Shown piece by piece: positions 28,073 to 37,961 of a DNA stretch of 64,000 nt; position 1 is the stretch's first letter; each line of letters starts with the position of its first letter. Origin of the DNA: a virus; IMG/VR virus record IMGVR_UViG_3300025687_000024, positions 32,001 to 96,000 of that record; one strand, given 5' to 3'. The position numbers and the translations under genes were made by a program. The notes under the pieces are model-generated. The model did no database searches. It was given only the letters and a program-made list of their open reading frames with translations, and was not told the DNA's origin.

Positions 28073-30004
28073 ATGTCGGGTAGCGGCTTCGGTCCATCCT
28101 CCGGGTACCGCATGAGCGGCAGCAGCAGCTACGCCTTCGGTTCACTGGATGGGAGGAACAACAGCTTCAAGTACCCCTCGGCCTGGTGGGATGCGGCTCA
28201 CATGGAGCTGCCCACCACGGTCAAGCACCTCTTCAAGTGGTGCCGCTACCATGCCGTCGCCAACCCGCTCATCAGCTCGACGACCCGCAAGATGGCGTCG
28301 TACCCCATCACGCGGCTCATCATCGAAGACGAGCCCATGGAGGGGTTCGGCAAGAACAAGGAGCGCTGGGAGGACTTGCTCTTCCGGGTGCTGAACATCC
28401 AGCGGTTCATGTTCGAGGGTGGACTGGACTACCACACCTACGGCAACTGCATCGTCAGCCTGCTCTACCCCTTCCACAAGTACCTCGGGTGCCGCTCTTG
28501 CGGCTTCCGCGAGCGCATCAAGCGGCTGAAGTACCAGCAGGAGTGGACGTTCCGCAACTTCAGCTACGAGCTCAACTGCCCGAAGTGCGGCACCACGGCG
28601 CCGGCCGAGGTCAAGGATGAGTGGTACCTCTCTTACAGAGGCATCAAGATCATCCGCTGGGACCCCTCGTCGATCTCCATCGAGTTCAACCCCATCACCC
28701 AGGCATCCGAGTACGCCTACACGATCCCCGAGCGCATCCGGGCCAAGATCGTGAACAAGCACAAGCCCTACCTCGAGGAGATGCCGCACACCTTCATCCG
28801 GGCGGCGCGTCACCGGCGCCCTGTGCAGCTCGTGGCGGGCAACGTCTTCCACTTCCGAGCGCCGACACCCTCCGTCAGCGGGAACGACTCCGGTTGGGGC
28901 TACCCGCCCATCCTGCCTGCGCTCAAGGACAGCTTCTACCTGCAGGTGCTCAAGAAGGCGAACGAAGCCATCATGCTCGAGCACCTGGTCCCGCTGGACA
29001 TCCTGTTCCCCAGCACGGCCGACGCCCACGCCAACCCCTACCTGCACGTCAACCTCTCCGACTGGAAGCGGCGCATCGAGACCGAGCTGGTCAAGTGGCG
29101 CATGGACCCCAACCACAAGCCGATCCTGCCGCTCCCCGTGGGGTACCAGCGTGTGGGCGGCACGGGGCGCAGCTTGATGCCTGTGCAGGAGATCCGAGCC
29201 TGGTCCGAGCACATCGTCGTGGGCATGGGGGTTCCTCAGGAGTTCGCCTTCGGGGGCTTGACCTGGTCAGGTTCGAGCGTCTCCATGCGCATGCTGGAGA
29301 ACCACTTCCTGATGTACCGGGACATGCTGCACCACTTCATCCAGCACTTCCTGATCCCGAGCGTCTCCCGGTTCATGAACTGGCAGCCAGTCTCGGCCCG
29401 GATGAAGTCCTTCAAGATGGCCGACGACATGCAGATGAAGCAGCTGCTGCTGTCGCTCAACCAGATGAAGAAGCTGTCGGACAAGAGCTTGTTGGCCGAC
29501 TTCGACAAGGACTCCCTCGAGGAGCTGCGCCTCATCGAGCAGGAGCAGCGACGCGCGCACGATGTGCAGCGGCAGGACCAGCTGGCCCAGGCGGAGGCAC
29601 AGGGCGAGTCCCAGCAGGTCGCCACCAAGTTCCAGATCCGCGCCGAGGAGATGATGCGGAAGCATCAGGAGAGCCTGCAGCGGGAGCAGACGCAGGTGAT
29701 GGGGAGCCAGCCCCCGGCACCCGGGCAGGATCCCGCACTGGCAGCAGGCCAGCCCCAGGCTCCCGGTCGACCGCCTGCCCAGCAGCACGTCAGCAACGTC
29801 AACGTCATCGAGCTGGCCGATGCTTGGGCCAAGCGCCTGCTCGGCCTGGAGCAGCACGAGCAGTCCCGGGTCCTCCAGGACATGGCTCGCCAGAGCCCCT
29901 CCCTGCACAAGCTCATCCTGCAAAAGATGAGCGAGGTGAGGGCGGCGACGCAGGAGCCGCTGCCAGAGCAGAGGCCCCCACGTCGCCAGAACGCGGTGAT
30001 CTGA
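28073..30004 (+). CDS. Portal protein
   Basis: Portal-type pattern: NPLISS..RKMASYP, DYHTYGN, NVFHFR, WGYPPILPALK, GVPQEF. Coiled-coil C-terminus. Confidence 0.75.
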   Translation: MSGSGFGPSSGYRMSGSSSYAFGSLDGRNNSFKYPSAWWDAAHMELPTTVKHLFKWCRYHAVANPLISSTTRKMASYPITRLIIEDEPMEGFGKNKERWEDLLFRVLNIQRFMFEGGLDYHTYGNCIVSLLYPFHKYLGCRSCGFRERIKRLKYQQEWTFRNFSYELNCPKCGTTAPAEVKDEWYLSYRGIKIIRWDPSSISIEFNPITQASEYAYTIPERIRAKIVNKHKPYLEEMPHTFIRAARHRRPVQLVAGNVFHFRAPTPSVSGNDSGWGYPPILPALKDSFYLQVLKKANEAIMLEHLVPLDILFPSTADAHANPYLHVNLSDWKRRIETELVKWRMDPNHKPILPLPVGYQRVGGTGRSLMPVQEIRAWSEHIVVGMGVPQEFAFGGLTWSGSSVSMRMLENHFLMYRDMLHHFIQHFLIPSVSRFMNWQPVSARMKSFKMADDMQMKQLLLSLNQMKKLSDKSLLADFDKDSLEELRLIEQEQRRAHDVQRQDQLAQAEAQGESQQVATKFQIRAEEMMRKHQESLQREQTQVMGSQPPAPGQDPALAAGQPQAPGRPPAQQHVSNVNVIELADAWAKRLLGLEQHEQSRVLQDMARQSPSLHKLILQKMSEVRAATQEPLPEQRPPRRQNAVI

Positions 30005-30005
30005 G

Positions 30006-30074
30006 CTACGAGTCGCTGACGCCCAGGAGAGCTCCCCAGGCGATGGCGCAGGTACAGAAGGCGGTGAACAGCAT
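30006..30074 (-). CDS. 22-aa hydrophobic peptide MLFTAFCTCAIAWGALLGVSDS
   Basis: TGATG-coupled to the upstream acidic peptide, with GAGGA upstream of the ATG. Confidence 0.4.
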   Translation of the reverse strand: MLFTAFCTCAIAWGALLGVSDS

Positions 30075-30202
30075 CAGTCGGTGTCCTCTTCGTCATCGAC
30101 GTCGAAGTCAGGGTCGTCGTAGTCGTCTTCGTCGTCGTAGGGGTTCAGGCCGAACTCCAGGTCATCCCAGAGCTCATCAGTGTGGGTACGGGGACCGTGC
30201 AC
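30074..30202 (-). CDS. 42-aa highly acidic peptide (MHGPRTHTDELWDDLEFGLNPYDDEDDYDDPDFDVDDEEDTD)
   Basis: GGAGGT RBS plus GTG start, preceded by an ATAAG promoter candidate. Confidence 0.55.
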   Translation of the reverse strand: MHGPRTHTDELWDDLEFGLNPYDDEDDYDDPDFDVDDEEDTD

Positions 30203-30241
30203 GCGGGTTACCTCCAAGTCGTGGTAGTTGGCGTCATAGTC

Positions 30242-30266
30242 CTTATGCGAGAATGTGAGCGCTTCC
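30242..30266 (-). promoter_or_regulatory. Candidate phage promoter GGAA-N16-ATAAG
   Basis: Intergenic, 40 nt upstream of the acidic peptide gene. Confidence 0.5.
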
Positions 30267-30279
30267 GTAGGAGCCCCTC

Positions 30280-33200
30280 ATGCCGTACCTGAGCCCTGAC
30301 GAACAGTTCGCTGACCTCAAGAGCAAGGTCTCGTCCACCCTGATGGAGCTCTTCCCCGTGGAGGGGCGCGGCGGCCGCGTCGTCCTCAAGAACGTGGAGG
30401 TCGACGACAACCTCGACACGCATGACCTGCGCTCGCAGCGGGTAGCTCTGCAGGAGGGGAAGACCTGGGCGGTGCCCGTGTACGGGGATGCTGTGCTCGA
30501 GCGCGAGGGCCAGGAGATCGACCGCAAGCGCGTCCTGCTGATGCACCTGCCCAAGACCACGGACAGGTTCGGCTACATCGTCAAGGGGCGGGAGTACCAG
30601 GCGCTCACCCAGTTCCGGCAGAAGTCCGGCGTGTACCACCGCACGGCGAGCAACGGCGCGCTGTTGGCCGAGTTCAACCTGGCCAACAGGGACCAGTTCG
30701 CCAACGGGCGTACCTTCAAGGTGCGGTTCGATCCCGAGGAGGCGGTCTACTACCTGCAGCACGGCAACTCCAACATCCCGCTGTACCACCTGTTGAAGGG
30801 TGCCGGGGTCTCCGACCGGGAACTCGAGCAGCGCTGGGGAGCTGCCATCGTGCAGAAGAATCGAGAGCGGGCCTCGGCCGAGCAGGTCTACTCCCGCTTC
30901 TACAAGGCGGTGAACAAGAAGCAGCCCGCGGATCCCATGAGGCACGCTGGGCTGTTCCGCGAGCTGCTCGGTAAGACCCGGCTGCGGGCGGACACGACCA
31001 AGAAGACGCTGGGCGCCGAGTTCGAGACTGTCGACAACGAGGTCCTCCTGCGCGCGACCGAGAACCTCCTCGACATGTCGAAGGGGCGCCGGGAGGATGA
31101 CCCGAAGACTTCGCTGGAGTTCCAGTCCGTTCACACCATCGACGACTTCATCGACGGCCGCTTGAAGCGTGCGGCGCCGAGCATTCGCCGGAAGCTGGCC
31201 AACGCTCTGGCCAGCGGGCGCACGCGCAACGTACGCCGCGTGGTGAAGGCCGATCCGTTCGACCGGGCAGTGCAGGGCTACTTCACCTCTGACCTGACGG
31301 TGAACCCCGAGCAGACCAACCCCTTGGAGATGCTCGCCGGCCAGCTCAAGACCACCATCATGGGCGAGCAGGGAGGCTACAAGTCGGCGCACGTGGTGTC
31401 CGAGGAGTCCAAGCTCATCAGCCCGTCGCACCTCGGCTTCCTCGACCCCATCCACACCCCGGAGAGCGACAAGACGGGAGTGACCCTCTCGCTGCCGCTC
31501 GGTGTGAAGAAGGTCGGCAACGAGCTCGAGACGCTGCTGGTGGACGCCCGGACGGGGAGGACGCGGCGCATGCAGCCCGCGGACGTGCTCGACCAGACGG
31601 TGGCCTTCCCCGATCAGTACGAGCGGAAGGGGAAGAAGCTGGTAGCCCGTCACGCCAAGGTCAAGGCTACTCGTGGTGGAGAGGTCGTCACGGTCCCTGC
31701 GAGCGAGGTCGACTACGTACTCCCCAGCCCACGCAGCCTGTTCGGCGTAGCGTCCAACCTGGTGCCCTTCCTGCAGAACAACCAGGGCAACCGCGCCATG
31801 ACCGCGGCCAAGCAGCAAGAACAGGCCGTGCCCCTGGAGCACCGGGAGGCTCCCCTGGTGCAGGTCGAGATGGACCGCGGGGGTACCTTCGAACAGGCTC
31901 TTGGCCTGTACGCCTCTCGCCGGGCCCCCGTAGCCGGGGTCGTCAAGACGGTGAAGAAGGACGCGGTGATCATCAACGACGGGGACAAGGACCACGAGGT
32001 CCAGATCTACCGCAACTTCCCGCTGAACGGGACCTCCCTCTACGACATGGACGTCCAGGTCAAGAAGGGTGACCAGGTCGAGAAGGGGCAGCTCCTCGCG
32101 GACTCCACCTTCACCAAGGACGGGACGCTGGCGCTCGGAACCAACCTGCGGACCGCCTACATCCCCTTCATGGGGTACAACTTCGAGGACGGCATCGTCA
32201 TCTCGGAGGCCGCTGCGAGGAAGCTGGCGTCGCGCCACCTCTACAAGAAGTCCACAGCGCGGGATGCCGACACGATCCTCAGCCGGAAGACCTTCCTGGC
32301 AGAGTACCCCTACGTCTTCGGCAAGGGGCAGCTGAGCGGTGTGGGGGAGGACGGCATCGTGAAGCCCGGCACCATCCTCAACGAGGGTGACCCGCTCATC
32401 ATGGTGCTGCGGAAGCCCCCCATGACCAAGGCACGCAAGCAGATCCGGGAGTTCCGCCGAGGGCGGCCTGACAAGTACCGGGACCGCTCCGTCGTGTGGG
32501 ACAAGCCCTACCAGGGCGAGGTCACCGAGGTCGTGCGCAAGGGCAAGGACGTCACGGTCTACGTCAAGACCCGAGAGCCCGCCCAGATCGGCGACAAGGT
32601 CGTCGGGCGGCACGGCAACAAGGGCGTCATCACGCGCATCATCCCGGTGTCCGAGATGCCCTGGAAGGAGGGAGAGAACGGCGAGAAGGAGCACGTCGAG
32701 ATCGCGCTGAACCCCCTGGGCGTGCCCGGGCGCATCAACCTCGGGCAGATCCTGGAGACCGCGGCGGGTAAGGTGGCCGAGAAGCGCGGGAAGCCCTACG
32801 GCGTGCGCAACTTCGAGGCCGAGAAGGACTACCTGGCGATGGTCAAGGAGGACCTGGCCGCCGAGGGTCTGCAGGACCGCGACGAGCTCATCGACCCTCG
32901 GACGGGGAAGCCCTTCCCCAACCGCATCCTGGCGGGCAACCAGTACATCGTCAAGCTGAAGCACCAGGTGGGCAAGAAGGTCTCTGCCCGTGCCGGCGGT
33001 CCCGGCGCGCCCTACGACATCAACCACGCGCCGGCCGGGGGCGCTCCCCACGGGGGGCAGGCTCTGGGGGAGCTCGGGATGTACTCCATGCTGGCGCACG
33101 GAGCCCGGGAGAACCTCCACGAGATGTTCGCCTACAAGTCGTCCCGCAACCACGAGCTGTGGGATGCCCTGCGAGAAGGGACGCCGCTACCGCCCCCGAA

Positions 33201-36200
33201 GGTGCCCTTCGCCTACGAGAAGTTCCTCTCCTACCTGAACGCCATGCGCGTCGACGCACGGAAGCACGGGAACAGCCTGACCTTGGTCCCGTTCACCGAG
33301 GAGCAGGTGAAGTCGATGTCGGCCGGGGAGCTCAAGGATCCCGGGCTGGTGGTGCGCGGCAAGGACTTGCGTCCGCTCAAGGGCGGGCTGTTCGACGAGG
33401 ACATCACGGGCGGCATGCTCGGGGACAAGTGGGCACACTTCAAGCTCGCCGAGCCCATGCCGAACCCGCTCTTCGAGGACGCGGTCAAGAAGCTCCTCAA
33501 CATCACCCGCAAGCGCTACGCGGACATCGTCGCGGGACGGGTGGAGGTCAAGGGCAAGCGGGGCGGGGAGGCCATCAAGGCCCTGCTGGAGGACGTCAAC
33601 GTCGCGGAGCAGCGGGAAGCCATCACTGCGAAGCTCGCGACTGCGAAGGGAGCCACGCGGAGCAAGCTGCACAAGCAGCTGCGCATCCTCAAGGCCCTGG
33701 AGGCCAACAACCTCGACCCCACGGTCTACATGATGGAGTCCGTGCCCGTCGTCCCGCCGATCATGCGCCCCGTAACGGTCAAGGACGACGGCTCCCTCTC
33801 GTCCAACGACTTGAACTACCTCTACAAGGGCATCGCGGCCTCCAACGACGTGCTCCGGAGCAACAAGCGGGCAGGCCTGCCCGCAGCCCACATGGAGACG
33901 GTGCGCTCCGAGCTGTACGATGGCGTCAAGGCCCTGATGGGTGTCGGCGCCGCGGCTGCGCCGGGCCCGCGCGACTACCAGGGAGTGCTCAAGATCATCT
34001 CGGGGGATCAGCCCAAGGAGGGCTACTTCCAGAAGCGCGTGATGAAGCGCCGCCAGGACTTCTCGGCCCGGTCCATCATCATCCCGGAGCCGGGCATGGA
34101 CCTCGACGAGCTCGGGGTGCCCGAGAAGGTGGCCTGGTCGCTGTACCAGCCCTTCATCGAGCGCGACCTCGCCCGGGCGGGCTGGAAGATGCTCGACGCC
34201 ATCAACGAGGTCAAGGCCCGCGGTCCCGCGGCCGAGAAGGCGTTGGAGCGTGCGGTGCAGGAGCGCCCCATTCTACTGAAGCGCGACCCCGCTCTGCACA
34301 TGTTCAACGTGATGGCCTTCAAGCCCAGGCTGGTGAAGGGCAGCGCCATCGAAATCCACCCCCTCGTCGTCTCGGGCTACAACGCTGACTTCGACGGCGA
34401 CGCCATGAGCGTGTACCTGCCCCTCACCTCGAAGGCGGTGAAGGAAGCGCATGGCATGTACCCGTCCAAGAACTTGTTCAGCTCGAGCACGGGTGCCGTG
34501 ATGCACACGCCCGGGCACGAAGCGTTGCTCGGCCTCTACCTGGCGTCGAAGCCCGGGAAGCGCACGCGGCACACGTTCAAGACGGGAGAAGACGCGCGGG
34601 CGGCCTGGCGTCGGGGACGTATCGACCGGACGGACATCATCCACGTGGCTGGGCACGAGACTACGGTGGGCCGGCTGGACATCGAGCGGCACCTGCCGCC
34701 GGAGCTGCGGGAGACCGGGAAGAAGCCTGTCTCCCAGATGCGGGTCTACGACAAGGGGACCACCAAGAAGGTGCTGACGGCCATCGCCAAGAAGAACCCT
34801 GACCACTACGGCAAGGTGGCCAACGCCTTCAAGGACATCGGCAACGAGCACACCTTCGACGTAGGGTTCTCCATCGGCCTCGACGACTTCGAGGTCATCA
34901 ACCGGAAGGAGCGGGACTCCATGATGCAGGCGGCCGAGGCCCAGGCGGACCGCATCCGGCAGGGTCCCGGGAGCAAGCAGCGGAAGGACGAGCGGGTCGT
35001 CAAGATCTTCCAGGACCTCGATGACTCCCTCGACCGCCTCAACACCGAGCACCTGGCCCAGAACCCCACCAACATCTCCCGCATGGTGGAGTCCGGGGCG
35101 CGCGGCAAGCCCTCGCAGCTCAAGCAGATCATCAGCAGTCCCGTGTTGGTGATGGACGCGAAGAACCGGGTGGTGCCGAGCCTCATCCCGCGGTCGTACT
35201 CCGAGGGCATGGACGTGGCGTCCTACTGGACCACGCTGCACGGTGCGCGGAAGGGCACCATCCAGAAGGTGCAGGGCGTGAAGGACCCCGGGTACATCTC
35301 CAAGCAGGTGATGAACTCCACCATGAACCAGCTCGTCACGGAGCGAGACTGCGGGACGACCGAGGGCATCTTCATGTCCGTCGATGACTCGGACATCCTG
35401 GACAGGTACACGGTGCAGGGGACGCTCATCACGCCGAAGGTGGTGGCTGATGCGCGGAAGCGCCGACAGCGCTCCCTCAAGGTGAGGTCCCCCCTGCGGT
35501 GCAAGTCGTCGCACGGCATCTGCCAGAAGTGCATGGGGCTGAGCGTGAACGGACACCACCACGATGTGGGGACCAACGTGGGGGTGCTCGCTGGGCAGGC
35601 CATCGGAGAGCCCGCGACGCAGCTCTCCCTCAACGTCTTCCACACGGGAGGCTTGGCCAAGGGGCGCGGCTCGAAGAGCGTCAACGCCTTCCACCGGCTC
35701 ACCGAAATCTTGCGGCTCCCCAAGAACCTGCCGGACGCAGCGCCGCTGGCCCTGGAGTCGGGGACGGTCACCAAGGTCGAGCGCGCGCCGCAGGGCGGCG
35801 AGTACGTGACCGTCGGCCGGACGCGCCACTACCTCCCGGCGGCTCAGGCCAGGGCGGTGAAGCGCGGGCAGCCTGTGCGCAAGGGCGCTCCGCTGACGGA
35901 TGGCGTGGTGGACCCGCGCAACCTGCTGTCCCTGCGGGGCCTCGAGGCTGTGCAAGACCACCTCACCGACGAGCTCGCCGACGTCATGGGTACGGTGGCT
36001 CCGGTGAAGCGACGCAACCTCGAGGTCGTCGTCAAGTCGCTCACGAACGTCACGCACATCGACGATGCGGGAGACCACCCGGAGTGGGTTCCGGGCGATG
36101 CGCAGCCCTACAGTGCCGTGCAGGCGTACAACCGGAAGCCCGGCACGAAGCCGGTCAAGCATACGCCCTACCTCAAGGGAGTCAACGTCCTGCCCCACGA

Positions 36201-36390
36201 GATGCAGGAAGACTGGATGGCGCGCCTGAACTACACCGACCTCTCGCGCACGCTGACCGAGGCGGCCCGCGAGGGCTGGCGGTCCAACATCCACGGCTTC
36301 CATCCGGTACCCGGGGCGGCCTACGCTGCCGAGTTCGGGCAGAAGCAGAAGGCCGTCAAGCCCGGTGAGCCCTGGAGAGGTGAGTATTGA
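30280..36390 (+). CDS. rpoBC: Single-chain beta-beta' fused DNA-directed RNA polymerase
   Basis: beta motifs TPES...G, GYNFEDG, GDKVVGRHGNKG, NPLGVPGRINLGQ, KLKH, GGQALGE. beta' motifs PVVPPIMRP, R.DFSARSII, NADFDGD (34381-34401), SGARG, GARKG, C..C Zn site, GEPATQL..NVFHTGG. Confidence 0.95.
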   Translation: MPYLSPDEQFADLKSKVSSTLMELFPVEGRGGRVVLKNVEVDDNLDTHDLRSQRVALQEGKTWAVPVYGDAVLEREGQEIDRKRVLLMHLPKTTDRFGYIVKGREYQALTQFRQKSGVYHRTASNGALLAEFNLANRDQFANGRTFKVRFDPEEAVYYLQHGNSNIPLYHLLKGAGVSDRELEQRWGAAIVQKNRERASAEQVYSRFYKAVNKKQPADPMRHAGLFRELLGKTRLRADTTKKTLGAEFETVDNEVLLRATENLLDMSKGRREDDPKTSLEFQSVHTIDDFIDGRLKRAAPSIRRKLANALASGRTRNVRRVVKADPFDRAVQGYFTSDLTVNPEQTNPLEMLAGQLKTTIMGEQGGYKSAHVVSEESKLISPSHLGFLDPIHTPESDKTGVTLSLPLGVKKVGNELETLLVDARTGRTRRMQPADVLDQTVAFPDQYERKGKKLVARHAKVKATRGGEVVTVPASEVDYVLPSPRSLFGVASNLVPFLQNNQGNRAMTAAKQQEQAVPLEHREAPLVQVEMDRGGTFEQALGLYASRRAPVAGVVKTVKKDAVIINDGDKDHEVQIYRNFPLNGTSLYDMDVQVKKGDQVEKGQLLADSTFTKDGTLALGTNLRTAYIPFMGYNFEDGIVISEAAARKLASRHLYKKSTARDADTILSRKTFLAEYPYVFGKGQLSGVGEDGIVKPGTILNEGDPLIMVLRKPPMTKARKQIREFRRGRPDKYRDRSVVWDKPYQGEVTEVVRKGKDVTVYVKTREPAQIGDKVVGRHGNKGVITRIIPVSEMPWKEGENGEKEHVEIALNPLGVPGRINLGQILETAAGKVAEKRGKPYGVRNFEAEKDYLAMVKEDLAAEGLQDRDELIDPRTGKPFPNRILAGNQYIVKLKHQVGKKVSARAGGPGAPYDINHAPAGGAPHGGQALGELGMYSMLAHGARENLHEMFAYKSSRNHELWDALREGTPLPPPKVPFAYEKFLSYLNAMRVDARKHGNSLTLVPFTEEQVKSMSAGELKDPGLVVRGKDLRPLKGGLFDEDITGGMLGDKWAHFKLAEPMPNPLFEDAVKKLLNITRKRYADIVAGRVEVKGKRGGEAIKALLEDVNVAEQREAITAKLATAKGATRSKLHKQLRILKALEANNLDPTVYMMESVPVVPPIMRPVTVKDDGSLSSNDLNYLYKGIAASNDVLRSNKRAGLPAAHMETVRSELYDGVKALMGVGAAAAPGPRDYQGVLKIISGDQPKEGYFQKRVMKRRQDFSARSIIIPEPGMDLDELGVPEKVAWSLYQPFIERDLARAGWKMLDAINEVKARGPAAEKALERAVQERPILLKRDPALHMFNVMAFKPRLVKGSAIEIHPLVVSGYNADFDGDAMSVYLPLTSKAVKEAHGMYPSKNLFSSSTGAVMHTPGHEALLGLYLASKPGKRTRHTFKTGEDARAAWRRGRIDRTDIIHVAGHETTVGRLDIERHLPPELRETGKKPVSQMRVYDKGTTKKVLTAIAKKNPDHYGKVANAFKDIGNEHTFDVGFSIGLDDFEVINRKERDSMMQAAEAQADRIRQGPGSKQRKDERVVKIFQDLDDSLDRLNTEHLAQNPTNISRMVESGARGKPSQLKQIISSPVLVMDAKNRVVPSLIPRSYSEGMDVASYWTTLHGARKGTIQKVQGVKDPGYISKQVMNSTMNQLVTERDCGTTEGIFMSVDDSDILDRYTVQGTLITPKVVADARKRRQRSLKVRSPLRCKSSHGICQKCMGLSVNGHHHDVGTNVGVLAGQAIGEPATQLSLNVFHTGGLAKGRGSKSVNAFHRLTEILRLPKNLPDAAPLALESGTVTKVERAPQGGEYVTVGRTRHYLPAAQARAVKRGQPVRKGAPLTDGVVDPRNLLSLRGLEAVQDHLTDELADVMGTVAPVKRRNLEVVVKSLTNVTHIDDAGDHPEWVPGDAQPYSAVQAYNRKPGTKPVKHTPYLKGVNVLPHEMQEDWMARLNYTDLSRTLTEAAREGWRSNIHGFHPVPGAAYAAEFGQKQKAVKPGEPWRGEY

Positions 36391-37961
36391 GTGCCCCCAA
36401 GCCCGGGTTCCCGCCTGCCTGGACCGCCTACGGCGGTGTGAGGGTACTGGCGGGCACCATCATCTCGGTCAACAAGGTGAAGTGGACCTGCACGGTCAAC
36501 TGCGGGAAGGGAGAGCACTACGAGGACGTCCCCGTGATGCCCGGGTTCGTGGGGGCCGAAGGGCAGGGCGAGTTCAAGATGCCGGAGACCAACTCTCCGG
36601 TCTGGGTCTGCAAGCCTTCGCAGGAGGGGAAGGTGTTCGTGCTGGGCGGCGCCGCGCTCCCTACCCAGATGGACGAAGGGGACGCATACGAGGACCCCAC
36701 GGACTACCGCATGAACCGTCCGGTGCTCGGCGAGGGGGACCAGGGGATGATGGGCCCTGGCGGGAGTCCGCACGTCATCCTGCGCAAGGGCGGCATGCTC
36801 GAGCTCGGTGCCGACCAGGCATGCCGCTCCTGGTACTTCCCGCTCAAGGGACTGCTGCAGCACTTCTGTCAGCGGTACGAGCTCTACGGTGCGGCCGGGT
36901 CCTGGGAGTATGGCGCGCGCCTCGAGGACCAGTCACACGGGACGGCGCGGACTCCGGTCGAGTTCAACCTGCAGCTCAAGGAGTTCGCCCAGGACGACCC
37001 CATCATCCAGCTGGGCCTAGGGCGCATCGCTGACGAGGATGACCAGCGACTGTTCCACGGCACTACGGGCGACATCGTCGCCCGGCTCATCATCAACAAC
37101 CGCTACCGCTTCTGGGTGGACAAGGCCGGCAACGTGCAGTCCTACGTGCACGGAGGCGTGGTGCGGTCCCACAACGGCCCCGTCGTGGAGTACTACCACT
37201 CTACGCTGATGCGCGAGGTCAAGGAGCTGTTCCGCCAGCGTCTCGGGAAGCGCGCCGTGGAGGTTAGCGGGAACGATGCCCTCGAGGTCACGGGAGACCG
37301 CACAGTCCGCGTGGGCGGAAACGTCTCCGAGGAGGTCACCGGCACGGTAGCCCGTCAGCTCGGCGGGGTCGCCGACGAGGTCCGCGGGAGTGTGGAGCGG
37401 AAGGTGCAGGGAAGCCTCTCCGACGAAGTGGGCGGGTCCGTCTCCCAGTCGGTAGGGGGCACGCACGAGATGTCGGTGCAGGGGGGAGCATCCGAGCTGG
37501 TGGGAGGCAAGAAGGTCACCAAGGTCCTCAACAGCCAGGCCGACGGCAACGGCTACGAGATCTACGTCTACTCGGGCAAGCTCGAGATCCACGATGCGCT
37601 GGGCAACGTGGAGTTGTCGTCGGGCGGAGGGTCCGACCCTGCGGCAGCTCTTGCGCGAGTCACGATCACGCCTGCTGGAGCCATCCAACTGAGCAGCTCC
37701 GGAGGCCTGGCTACCGTCGAGGTCAACAGCAGCGGCATCCAGATCAGCACCGCGGGCGGGGTCATCGAGCTCGACCAGGCCGGCTTGGTGCTTCTCGGAG
37801 GGGCAGTGCCCCCGCGGGGCGCTGTGGTCACCACCCTGACGCACCCGGTGGACCTCGTGACAGGCACGCCGATCCTCGGGAGTGCCACTGTGGCGGCCGG
37901 CGGGATCGCGTCCCCCGCCGCGGTACCGGCTACCAGCTTCGCCTCGGCCTTCCTGGTATGA
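36387..37961 (+). CDS. Baseplate central spike / hub protein (gp5/gpV/VgrG-like)
   Basis: N-terminal OB-fold-like region, V-x-G octapeptide beta-helix repeats, C-terminal HPVD..TG tip. Confidence 0.7.
   Translation: MSAPKPGFPPAWTAYGGVRVLAGTIISVNKVKWTCTVNCGKGEHYEDVPVMPGFVGAEGQGEFKMPETNSPVWVCKPSQEGKVFVLGGAALPTQMDEGDAYEDPTDYRMNRPVLGEGDQGMMGPGGSPHVILRKGGMLELGADQACRSWYFPLKGLLQHFCQRYELYGAAGSWEYGARLEDQSHGTARTPVEFNLQLKEFAQDDPIIQLGLGRIADEDDQRLFHGTTGDIVARLIINNRYRFWVDKAGNVQSYVHGGVVRSHNGPVVEYYHSTLMREVKELFRQRLGKRAVEVSGNDALEVTGDRTVRVGGNVSEEVTGTVARQLGGVADEVRGSVERKVQGSLSDEVGGSVSQSVGGTHEMSVQGGASELVGGKKVTKVLNSQADGNGYEIYVYSGKLEIHDALGNVELSSGGGSDPAAALARVTITPAGAIQLSSSGGLATVEVNSSGIQISTAGGVIELDQAGLVLLGGAVPPRGAVVTTLTHPVDLVTGTPILGSATVAAGGIASPAAVPATSFASAFLV

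Noticed and set aside
30208-36303. 981-aa and 676-aa minus-strand ORFs
   Set aside because: Shadows of the RNAP gene with typical antisense composition.
30280-36390. Bacterial chromosomal rpoBC locus
   Set aside because: No ribosomal protein genes nearby. Flanked by portal and spike genes. Heavily reduced and divergent.
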